A stretch of DNA of 32,000 nt. It comes from Erysipelotrichaceae bacterium OH741_COT-311 (GTDB taxonomy: Bacteria > Bacillota_I > Bacilli_A > Erysipelotrichales > Erysipelotrichaceae). Below the pieces are notes generated by a model. The model was not told the DNA's origin, made no database searches, and was given only the letters and a program-made list of their open reading frames with translations. The position numbers and the translations under genes were made by a program. Location: positions 120,001 to 152,000 of the forward strand of contig RQZE01000002.1 of the NCBI GenBank assembly GCA_003858585.1. Direction: 5' to 3'. Below, one piece after another: positions 9,589 through 16,965 of the stretch. The number at the start of each line of letters is the position of its first letter. The stretch's first letter is position 1.

Positions 9589-10263
9589 ATGTCTGAAATT
9601 CTATTTGAAAGAAGTACTTCGTTTACGGGTTTTTTTACAAAAACATTAACGAAGATGTTTGTTGGTTTATTAATTTCTGCAGTTGTAGGTTATGCTACAT
9701 ATGCATCTGGTTTATGGATTACGATTTATTTTAATAGTGCATTGCATTTAGGTATTTTATTTGGAAGTATTGCTACGATTTTACTGATTAATTTCTTATA
9801 TCATCGTTTAAATTCAACGCTATTAATGGTGGCATTTTATGTATATGCTGCATTGTTTGGGTTAGTCTCTGGAATTTATCCGGTAGTCTATGGTCTTGGT
9901 AATATCTATGTTGCCTTTGCATTAAGTGCTCTTATGTTTGGTGGTATGGTTGTTGTAGGGCATACAACAAAAGTAGATTTAACAAAATTTTCATCATTCT
10001 TCTTGATTGGATTGATTATGTTAATTGTTACTTCACTTGTAGCTGTTATCTTTCGATTATCCTTCTTAGAGGGTATTATTTGTTTTTTTGGAATTGTGTT
10101 ATTCTTGGGTATTACAGCCTTTGATGTGCAACGTTTTAAAGAATTGTATCGTATGGAATATGATGAAGAATCAAAATTAACGACAATGGCAGCATTGCAT
10201 TTATATATGGATTTTATTAATATCTTTATATATGTATTACGTTTCTTAGGTCGTAGAGATTAA
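9589..10263 (+). CDS. Bax inhibitor-1/YccA family membrane protein
   Basis: 224 aa with about 7 TM segments. Size and charged C-terminal tail (RFLGRRD) are typical of the BI-1/YccA family. Starts 4 nt after tcdA. Confidence 0.7.
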   Translation: MSEILFERSTSFTGFFTKTLTKMFVGLLISAVVGYATYASGLWITIYFNSALHLGILFGSIATILLINFLYHRLNSTLLMVAFYVYAALFGLVSGIYPVVYGLGNIYVAFALSALMFGGMVVVGHTTKVDLTKFSSFFLIGLIMLIVTSLVAVIFRLSFLEGIICFFGIVLFLGITAFDVQRFKELYRMEYDEESKLTTMAALHLYMDFINIFIYVLRFLGRRD

Positions 10264-10285
10264 AAAAAGAGGGCAACCTCTTTTT
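10264..10285. terminator. Bidirectional terminator between convergent genes
   Basis: AAAAAGAGG (10264-10272) GCAA CCTCTTTTT (10277-10285). The A-run and T-run make it usable on both strands. Confidence 0.8.
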
Positions 10286-10727
10286 ACTTTATCCAAGTTT
10301 TAATCACAGAAATCGCTTCTTGAAAACTATGTACAAGTTGTCCATGTTTTAAGATGCCTCCAAGCACATAGTGATTCATTGCGTAGCTTGGAATATCATA
10401 TTTATTGGCAGATTGTAAGCGTATGTCTGAATTTACAGCAATAATTTTTTTACCAAGAGCGATGGCTATCCCTAGTTCTACCATTACGCCTGCATCTTCA
10501 TTGGTTACATCGGCTAAAAAGAGATCGCAGTCATAAACTGCTTTGGTATCTCCTTCGTAAATATCAATGGGTGTTGGTAAAGACTGTTTGTTTTCGTTAA
10601 ATGGTTGTTCTATGGGGTTGAATAAGTCGATACGATCTTGGAAGGCTTCTCTAAGTTGTTTTCCTTCCAGTAAGCGTTGTTTTACTTCTCCTTCATTGAA
10701 TAAGGCACCTGCTAAATAGATTTTCAT
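10284..10727 (-). CDS. Nucleoside 2-deoxyribosyltransferase family protein
   Basis: Start set at MKIYLAGALF (ATG 10727) behind a GGAGGA RBS. Family pattern: N-terminal YLAGALF and catalytic-region DAGVMVELGIAIALGKKI. Confidence 0.8.
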   Translation of the reverse strand: MKIYLAGALFNEGEVKQRLLEGKQLREAFQDRIDLFNPIEQPFNENKQSLPTPIDIYEGDTKAVYDCDLFLADVTNEDAGVMVELGIAIALGKKIIAVNSDIRLQSANKYDIPSYAMNHYVLGGILKHGQLVHSFQEAISVIKTWIK

Positions 10728-10768
10728 ATTATCCTCCGTTTTTACTATCATAATAGAAATAAGGAGTA

Positions 10769-10797
10769 TTTACAAATATTGTACTTAGTGGTATATT
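10769..10797 (+). promoter_or_regulatory. Sigma-A type promoter of the metal ATPase operon
   Basis: -35 TTTACA (10769-10774), 17-nt spacer, TG at 10789-10790 (extended -10), -10 TATATT (10792-10797). Confidence 0.6.
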
Positions 10798-10807
10798 ATA
10801 AATGAAA

Positions 10808-10827
10808 ATATGAATAATTGTTCATAT
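10808..10827 (+). promoter_or_regulatory. ArsR/SmtB-type (12-2-12-like) operator between the -10 and the RBS
   Basis: Imperfect palindrome ATATGAATA-AT-TGTTCATAT with a TGAA-N6-TTCA core, as in SmtB/CzrA operators. It sits directly upstream of a Zn/Cd ATPase gene. Confidence 0.55.
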
Positions 10828-10840
10828 GTAGGAGGTAAGT

Positions 10841-13093
10841 ATGAAATATCAATATACCATAGAGAATTTAGATTGCGCTCATTGTGCAAGTGAACTAGAA
10901 GAAGCGTTAAAACAAGTAGATGGATTCTATGATGTTTCCTTATCATTTGTAAATAAAAAATTGACCTTATGTAGTAAGAGTGATCCTACTTTAAAGTTAG
11001 AAGAAATTATTTTAAAGAAAGAACCGCAAGTGAAGCTTCATTCAATGAAAAATACTGTCGTAGAGTTGGCGATTAAAGGATTGGATTGTGCGCATTGTGC
11101 CAATGAAATTGAAGAAGCATTGCGTAAAGAAGGTAGTTTACATAATGTATATTTAAATTTTATACAAAGGAAATTAACGTATACTACTTATGAAGCAAAA
11201 GAAGTATCCATGCAAAAGGCACAAGCCGTGATTCATAGTTTAGAAGATGATATATTACTTGTTGATCTTCAAAAACAACAAACGGATACATTTCATAAAA
11301 ATAAATTGTATATTGTAAGTGCAATTGTTTTATTTATTGTTGCATTGTTTACAAAGGGTACCATTTCAAGTGTATTCTATTTTATAGCTTATCTGCTTGT
11401 AGGGCATAAAGTACTTCTTAAAGCATTCAATAATATGTTTCATGGTAAGCTTTTTGATGAGAATTTCTTAATGAGTATCGCAACCATTGGGGCTATTGTG
11501 ATTAATGAGATACCTGAGGCAGTAGGGGTTATGTTATTTTATCAAATTGGAGAATATTTTCAGGATTTAGCAGTTGATCGTTCACGTAAGTCGATTGCTT
11601 CTATGATGAATATGAAGCAAGAGTATGCCAATGTGATGGAAAACAATCAAATAGTTGTAAAGAACATTCATGAAGTAGCTGTTCATAATCGTATTCTTGT
11701 AAAAGTTGGGGAATTAGTTCCTTTAGATGGTGTTGTAGTTGACGGTAATTCTTTTATTGATACTTCCAGTTTAACGGGTGAAAGTAAATTGCAGGAAGTA
11801 TCTAAGGGTAGCGAAGTACTAAGTGGTTCTTTAAATACATCGGGTAGTTTAACTATTGAAGTGATGAAAGATAGTAAAGAAAGTACGGTCAATAAGATTT
11901 TAGAATTAGTAGAAAATGCAAGTAGTAAAAAGGCTAAAAGTGAGCGTTTTATTACGGTTTTTGCTAAGTATTATACACCGGTAGTATGTTTTATTGCGGC
12001 AATCATTGCCTTTGTACTTCCACTATTTATTAAGGAAGTACCGTTTAGTACGTTTTTTTATCGTGGACTATCATTTCTAGTAGTATCTTGTCCATGTGCA
12101 TTGGTATTATCTGTTCCTTTGGCTTATTTTGCTAGTATTGGTGGATTAAGTAAGAAGGGAATCTTGGTCAAAGGTGGCAATTATTTAGAAGCTTTAGCGA
12201 AAGTAAAAACCATTTTATTAGATAAAACAGGTACAATTACACAGGGGGTATTTGAAGTAAGTGAAGTGGTTGGATGTGAAGATTTACTAAGTATTTGTGC
12301 TTTAATAGAAGCTTCCAGTACACATCCAATTGCAAAGAGTATTGTAAGAAGTTATAAAGGAAGTTTGGATCTAACACGTGTCAAAGACTTACAAGAAATC
12401 AAGGGTCATGGTATTACTTGTAAGGTTGACGGTTTCTTTAGTGCAGTTGGTAATTATGAATTGATAAAACAATATGTTCCGAATTTAGTGGAGTGTCAAA
12501 GTGTTGGTAGTGTTGTTTATGTATATCATAATCAAGTCTATCTAGGTTATATTGTAGTAAGTGATAAAGTAAAAGATACCAGTATAAAGGCATTAAAAAA
12601 CATGAAGGCGAGTGGGCTAAAAACGGTAATGCTTACTGGGGATAGTCAACATGTTGCCAAAGCAATTGCAAACAAAGTAGAAGTTGATCAATGGTATGGT
12701 AAATTGTTGCCAAATGATAAAGTAAGTAAGATGGAAGAATATTTAAGCCGAGATCAACATGTAGCTTTCGTTGGGGATGGCATTAATGATGCGCCTGTAT
12801 TAGCCTTAGCGGATGTAGGAATTTCGATGGGACAACTTGGGAGTGATGCAGCAATTGAAGCAAGTGATTTGGTGTTGATGAATGATGATTTAAATGATAT
12901 TTATATAGCTTATCATCATGCAAAAAAGACACAAAGTATTGTTAAAATGAATATCGTTTTTGCAATCGTAGTTAAATTTATTGTATTATTATTGGTGTCA
13001 TTGGGTTATTCCAATATGTGGATGGCAATTTTTGCGGATGTGGGTGTATCCGTCTTAGCAATTTTAAATTCCATCCGTGCAATGAACATTTAA
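10841..13093 (+). CDS. cadA: Heavy-metal (Zn2+/Cd2+-type, P1B-2) translocating P-type ATPase
   Basis: 750 aa. Two N-terminal HMA-like domains, each with LDCAHCA. TGES, CPC(x)4SxP (SCPCALVLSVP), DKTGT, HP motif STHPIA, GDGINDAP. N(x)7K (NIVFAIVVK) and DxG (ADVG) are signatures of the Zn/Cd subgroup. Confidence 0.92.
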   Translation: MKYQYTIENLDCAHCASELEEALKQVDGFYDVSLSFVNKKLTLCSKSDPTLKLEEIILKKEPQVKLHSMKNTVVELAIKGLDCAHCANEIEEALRKEGSLHNVYLNFIQRKLTYTTYEAKEVSMQKAQAVIHSLEDDILLVDLQKQQTDTFHKNKLYIVSAIVLFIVALFTKGTISSVFYFIAYLLVGHKVLLKAFNNMFHGKLFDENFLMSIATIGAIVINEIPEAVGVMLFYQIGEYFQDLAVDRSRKSIASMMNMKQEYANVMENNQIVVKNIHEVAVHNRILVKVGELVPLDGVVVDGNSFIDTSSLTGESKLQEVSKGSEVLSGSLNTSGSLTIEVMKDSKESTVNKILELVENASSKKAKSERFITVFAKYYTPVVCFIAAIIAFVLPLFIKEVPFSTFFYRGLSFLVVSCPCALVLSVPLAYFASIGGLSKKGILVKGGNYLEALAKVKTILLDKTGTITQGVFEVSEVVGCEDLLSICALIEASSTHPIAKSIVRSYKGSLDLTRVKDLQEIKGHGITCKVDGFFSAVGNYELIKQYVPNLVECQSVGSVVYVYHNQVYLGYIVVSDKVKDTSIKALKNMKASGLKTVMLTGDSQHVAKAIANKVEVDQWYGKLLPNDKVSKMEEYLSRDQHVAFVGDGINDAPVLALADVGISMGQLGSDAAIEASDLVLMNDDLNDIYIAYHHAKKTQSIVKMNIVFAIVVKFIVLLLVSLGYSNMWMAIFADVGVSVLAILNSIRAMNI

Positions 13094-13103
13094 CAGGTGA
13101 ACC

Positions 13104-14330
13104 ATGAAAAAATTACTCCTACTAACAATATCCTTTTGTATATTGTGTGTAAATAAAGTGCAAATGCATCAAGCAGAATCAATGCAAGTGGAAAGTCAGG
13201 CTGCCATTTTAATGGATGGTAAGACCGGGCAAGTATTATATAGTAAAAATGCTGATCAAAGATTATATCCAGCAAGTATTACCAAGATACTTACTGGATA
13301 TTTATTGCTTGAAAAGAAAGGTAATTTAGATGGTTCCATGATTGTTTCCGCCAATGCGGTTGACTCTATTGATCGTGATAGTTCCCACATTGCACTTGAT
13401 TATAATGAAGAAGTCTTAGTGAAAGATTTAATGTATGCGATGTTGCTACAAAGTGCCAACGATGCTTCCAATGTCATTGCTGAGTATGTTTCAGGTTCTC
13501 AAGAAGCATTTGTAGGGGAAATGAATGCACAAGTAGAAAAGTGGGGCTTACAAAACACACATTTTACTAATGCTCATGGATTACAAGATGAAAACCATTA
13601 TACAACAGCCTATGATATGGCTATGATATTAAAATATGCTTTAAAAAATGATACATTTCGTGAAGTAATCAGTACGAATACTTACATCGGTAGTCCAACC
13701 AATAAGCTACATGAAGAACGTTTGTTTGCTAATGGGAATAAAATGATAAAAAAAGGGAAGTATTATTATGAGTATGTTACTGGTGGAAAGACCGGATATA
13801 CTGAATTTGCCCATTATACCTTTGCAGTAACTGCCAGCAAAGATACAACGGATTTAATTGTTGTGTTATTAGGGAGTCCTAGTGAAGAGGCTCGTTATAA
13901 AGATGCCCTTGCTTTGTTTGAATATGGATTTCAACATTTTAAGGGTGTTACTTTAAAGGCTGAAGAGTTTAAGAGTGAACAATTTGATATTATTGAAAAG
14001 AATCGTGTTAGTGCGAATGTTTTTTTCCATGTTCCAAGTGATGTAGATTTATTAGTGAATGTGGATGCAGATTTAAATACATTAGAGTTAAAAAATCATA
14101 TTGAACATCAAAATAATGTTGATTTAATGAAAGGCTATGTCGATATTCTATTAGATGGAGTACTGATTAAGTCTGTAGATATGGAAAAAGAAGTGAGAAT
14201 TATTGAAGATCGTTTTGAAAAAACATGGTTTGGTAAAGTAGTAAAAGGGATTCATTATTTTAGTGTGGTTGTCTTGTGTTTGGCATTATTTTTAACAGGT
14301 TTAAAGGTAATGTATCGCATAAAACCCTAG
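13104..14330 (+). CDS. D-alanyl-D-alanine carboxypeptidase (PBP5-type, peptidase S11)
   Basis: 408 aa. Signal peptide, SxxK (SITK), SxN (SAN), KTG (GGKTGYT), C-terminal membrane anchor. AGGTGA RBS only 10 nt after the ATPase stop. Confidence 0.9.
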   Translation: MKKLLLLTISFCILCVNKVQMHQAESMQVESQAAILMDGKTGQVLYSKNADQRLYPASITKILTGYLLLEKKGNLDGSMIVSANAVDSIDRDSSHIALDYNEEVLVKDLMYAMLLQSANDASNVIAEYVSGSQEAFVGEMNAQVEKWGLQNTHFTNAHGLQDENHYTTAYDMAMILKYALKNDTFREVISTNTYIGSPTNKLHEERLFANGNKMIKKGKYYYEYVTGGKTGYTEFAHYTFAVTASKDTTDLIVVLLGSPSEEARYKDALALFEYGFQHFKGVTLKAEEFKSEQFDIIEKNRVSANVFFHVPSDVDLLVNVDADLNTLELKNHIEHQNNVDLMKGYVDILLDGVLIKSVDMEKEVRIIEDRFEKTWFGKVVKGIHYFSVVVLCLALFLTGLKVMYRIKP

Positions 14331-14332
14331 TT

Positions 14333-14353
14333 TTGTGAAAAAATTGTGAAAAA
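14333..14353 (+). repeat. Phased direct repeat TTGTGAAAAA-A-TTGTGAAAAA just upstream of the -35
   Basis: Two exact 10-mers (14333-14342, 14344-14353) with 11-bp periodicity, ending 5 bp before the -35 at 14359. Confidence 0.6.
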
Positions 14354-14358
14354 CTTGA

Positions 14359-14387
14359 TTGACTTACTGGTCTAAAAGCCTTAAAAT
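14359..14387 (+). promoter_or_regulatory. Sigma-A type promoter of the duplicated lipoprotein gene
   Basis: -35 TTGACT (14359-14364), 17-nt spacer, -10 TAAAAT (14382-14387). A GGAGGAAG RBS follows. Confidence 0.6.
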
Positions 14388-14407
14388 GAAGTAGCGGAGG
14401 AAGATTT

Positions 14408-15445
14408 ATGAAAAAATTACTTGCATTTTTATTAGTAGCTGCAACATTAGTTGGTTGTACATCACCTAAAGTAGCAGATACTACAACTACAACTGCAGAA
14501 GAGACAACTTCAAGCAGTGAAATGACTACTTATTCGGTAGGTACAGGTTCAGTAACTTCATTAAAAGGGAGTGAAGTAACAGACAAAAATGGTTATGTTC
14601 AAGCAGATACTACATATTGTACAGTGGTACTAAAGGGTGATAAAATCGTTAGTATTTACTGGGATGTAGCTCAAAACAAAGGTGAATTTGATGCGACTGG
14701 TAAATTAGTTGAAACAGCAGCTGAAACACCTACAAAGAAAGAAAAAGGAGATGCTTATGGTATGAAAGAAGCATCACCAATCAAAAAAGAATGGTTTGAA
14801 CAAATTGCAGTATTAGAAGAATATGCAATTGGTAAAACAATTGCTGAAGTATTAGCATTACCGGTAGATGATAAAACAGTTCCAACAGATGAAGATTTCA
14901 AAACTTCTTTAACAATTAAAGTTGGTAGTTATTTAAAATCATTGGAAGTTGCTAGTAAGAACTTAGTAGAAGTAGAAGAAGTTGCTTCTGTTGCAACAGG
15001 TTCAATTACAGAATTTAGAAATGCAGAAGCTACAGCTGAAAAAGAAGGTCAAATCCAAGTGAATACAACAATGGCTACTGTTGCTTTAAAGGCAGATGGT
15101 ACAATTGCTTATGCAACATTTGACGTTGCTCAAAACACTGGTAAATTTGATACAACTGGTAAATTAACAGAAGATTTAGCTGCACTTCAAACACCTACAA
15201 AGAAAGAAAAAGGAGATGCTTATGGTATGAAAGAAGCATCACCAATCAAAAAAGAATGGTTTGAACAAATTGCTGTATTAGAAGAATACGCAGTTGGTAA
15301 AACAGTTGCTGATGTATTAGCTTTACCGGTAGATGACAAGACGGTTCCTACTGCTGAAGATTTCAAAACATCATTAACAATTAAAGTGGGTAGCTACTTA
15401 AAAGCATTAGAAGCTACTACAAAAGCAGTAAAAGAAGTAAAATAA
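14408..15445 (+). CDS. Lipoprotein with two tandem copies of a ~150-aa domain, unknown function
   Basis: 345 aa. Lipobox TLVGC-TS, Thr/Ser-rich linker, then two homologous units (about aa 42-191 and 193-345). Confidence 0.85.
   Translation: MKKLLAFLLVAATLVGCTSPKVADTTTTTAEETTSSSEMTTYSVGTGSVTSLKGSEVTDKNGYVQADTTYCTVVLKGDKIVSIYWDVAQNKGEFDATGKLVETAAETPTKKEKGDAYGMKEASPIKKEWFEQIAVLEEYAIGKTIAEVLALPVDDKTVPTDEDFKTSLTIKVGSYLKSLEVASKNLVEVEEVASVATGSITEFRNAEATAEKEGQIQVNTTMATVALKADGTIAYATFDVAQNTGKFDTTGKLTEDLAALQTPTKKEKGDAYGMKEASPIKKEWFEQIAVLEEYAVGKTVADVLALPVDDKTVPTAEDFKTSLTIKVGSYLKALEATTKAVKEVK
14724..14948 (+). repeat. Intragenic repeat copy 1 (high-identity block)
   Basis: 14724-14808 is identical to 15189-15273 (85 nt). 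The block stays similar (scattered, mainly third-position mismatches) to about 14948. Confidence 0.9.
15189..15413 (+). repeat. Intragenic repeat copy 2 (high-identity block)
   Basis: In-frame offset of 465 nt (155 codons) from copy 1. Encodes TPTKKEKGDAYGMKEASPIKKEWFEQIAVLEEYA... in both copies. Confidence 0.9.
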
Positions 15446-15454
15446 AGACAAGAG

Positions 15455-15483
15455 AAAAGGTTGATAGTAAATCAACCTTTTTT
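15455..15483. terminator. Bidirectional terminator between convergent genes
   Basis: AAAAGGTTGAT (15455-15465) AGTAA ATCAACCTTTT (15471-15481), flanked by A and T runs. Confidence 0.85.
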
Positions 15484-15826
15484 ATGCAACAAATAATCCG
15501 TCTTCTACTTTTTCTAGTGTTGAAATAAGGGATAACATTGTATCTTCTTCATTTTCAGCACACAATAACATTCCATGTGATAGTAAGCCTCTTAATTTTC
15601 TAGGCTTTAAGTTTAAAATAGCTACAACTTGTTTACCAACCAATGCTTCACAGTTTGGATAATGCATTGCAATACTACTTAAAATTTGTCTTTGGAAGTC
15701 TTTAAAATCTACTTGAAATACAAGTAAGCGATCTGCATCAGGATGTTTTTCACATTTTGTAATCGTTCCAACACGTATGTCTAGTTGTTCAAATACTTCA
15801 AAATCAATATCTTTTTTAAATTCCAT
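15482..15826 (-). CDS. csaA: tRNA-binding domain protein (CsaA/YgjH, EMAP-II-like OB fold)
   Basis: 114 aa. DIRVGTI...HPDADRL...VDF...RQI(L)S...LVGKQVVAILNLKPRKLRG..S.GMLL pattern of the PheT/MetG-type tRNA-binding domain. Confidence 0.8.
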   Translation of the reverse strand: MEFKKDIDFEVFEQLDIRVGTITKCEKHPDADRLLVFQVDFKDFQRQILSSIAMHYPNCEALVGKQVVAILNLKPRKLRGLLSHGMLLCAENEEDTMLSLISTLEKVEDGLFVA

Positions 15827-15844
15827 ATTTTCACCTCTTTATGT

Positions 15845-15880
15845 TATATTCATTATACAATAGTTTATAATAGATTTGAG
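15845..15880. promoter_or_regulatory. Putative back-to-back divergent promoters (csaA leftward, MarR-NrdG-like gene rightward)
   Basis: TATAAT on the + strand at 15866-15871 and TATAAT on the - strand (ATTATA on +, 15852-15857). The -35 elements are poor on both sides. No clear palindromic operator seen. Confidence 0.3.
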
Positions 15881-15886
15881 GAAATT

Positions 15887-16963
15887 ATGCCAAATAAAGA
15901 TTTATTAATGAATATTTCAATTCTATATCGCTTAACACAAAAGCATCTTGACCAAAATCTTCTTAAATACAACATAGGGGCAGGTCAGCTTTTGTTTTTA
16001 TTGTTTATTAATGAACATCAAGGTTTGAAAATGCAAGAGTTAACGACTATGGGAGCTTTTGATAAAGGTACGACGACAAAGAGTATTAGTAAATTAGAAG
16101 ATGCGAAGTTGATTTATATTGAAAATGATTGTCAAGATAAGCGTATTAAACGATTATATACAACAAGCAAAGCGGAAATGTTAATGAAGGATTTTTATCA
16201 AATACTCAATAAGACCAAAGACTTAGTGATTGGAGATTTAAATCAACAACACTGTATTGAGCTTATGGATGCTTTAGCATATAATTCTCTCATGAATACA
16301 TTTGATTATAAAATAGATGTGTTAATTGTTGATATGGATGCGTTTAATTTAAAGGAATATGATGGTTACTTAAATACAACTATTTATCTGGCTGATAATA
16401 ACTATAAGTGTAGTTATAGTCGGCTTAAGCATCAACATACTAAAAAACAAGTAGATGAAACGTTAAAGAGTGAGGATGTTTTACAATATTTACAAGAGAA
16501 ACAAGGTAGTATTCAAAGTGTTACAATCAAAGGTGGAGAGCCTTTGATTCAGCAGGGCATCGTAGAGTTTTTAAATGCTTTAAGGAAGATGAACTATAAA
16601 ATTAAGTTAGAAACAAATGGACATAATATCAGAGTATTAAAACAGATTTTAGAGAATAATTTAGTTGATTATATCAGTATGGATATTGTTAATAGTAAAG
16701 AGAAGTATCTTGAAACATCAGGGCTTTCAAGCGAAGAATTTAGCTTAGAAATTGTTGATCAAGCCATTTCACTTATTAAACATATTGGTATTGACTATGA
16801 ATTTAAAACAATAGCACAAAGACAACTGCATACCTTAAAAGACTTAAAGGATATTTCCGTGTGGATACAAGAGCATTATTACATCTATTGTGATTGTATG
16901 TATCAGGAAGATAGTTATAGTGTAGAAGAATTAAAGCAGATAGGCTTAGAAGTAAGAGGATAG
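15887..16963 (+). CDS. MarR-family wHTH domain fused to an NrdG-type (anaerobic RNR activase) scaffold with a degenerate radical-SAM cysteine motif
   Basis: Start at ATG 15887 (MPNKD) after GAGGAA; the tracked start at 15785 overlaps csaA. The N-terminal ~130 aa are MarR-like (GAGQLLFLLFINEHQGLKMQELT...DKGTTTKSISKLEDAKLIYIEND.QDKRIKRLYTT). The C-terminal ~220 aa match the NrdG class: IKGGEPLIQ, KIKLETNGHN, LVDYISMDI, GIDYEFKT. The expected GCNxxCxYCHN is instead DNNYKCSYSRLKH. Confidence 0.8.
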   Translation: MPNKDLLMNISILYRLTQKHLDQNLLKYNIGAGQLLFLLFINEHQGLKMQELTTMGAFDKGTTTKSISKLEDAKLIYIENDCQDKRIKRLYTTSKAEMLMKDFYQILNKTKDLVIGDLNQQHCIELMDALAYNSLMNTFDYKIDVLIVDMDAFNLKEYDGYLNTTIYLADNNYKCSYSRLKHQHTKKQVDETLKSEDVLQYLQEKQGSIQSVTIKGGEPLIQQGIVEFLNALRKMNYKIKLETNGHNIRVLKQILENNLVDYISMDIVNSKEKYLETSGLSSEEFSLEIVDQAISLIKHIGIDYEFKTIAQRQLHTLKDLKDISVWIQEHYYIYCDCMYQEDSYSVEELKQIGLEVRG

Positions 16964-16965
16964 TT

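Noticed and set aside
14333-14353. TTGTGAA half-sites, considered as a Rex or CRP/FNR-type operator.
   Set aside because: The two copies are direct repeats, not inverted, so they do not form the palindromic site those dimers need. They are kept only as an unexplained repeat or UP-element candidate.
15785-15886. Longer 392-aa version of the MarR-NrdG-like ORF starting at 15785.
   Set aside because: The extension overlaps the csaA coding region on the other strand, encodes low-complexity F/I/K-rich sequence and has no RBS. ATG 15887 has GAGGAA upstream and starts exactly at the MarR domain.
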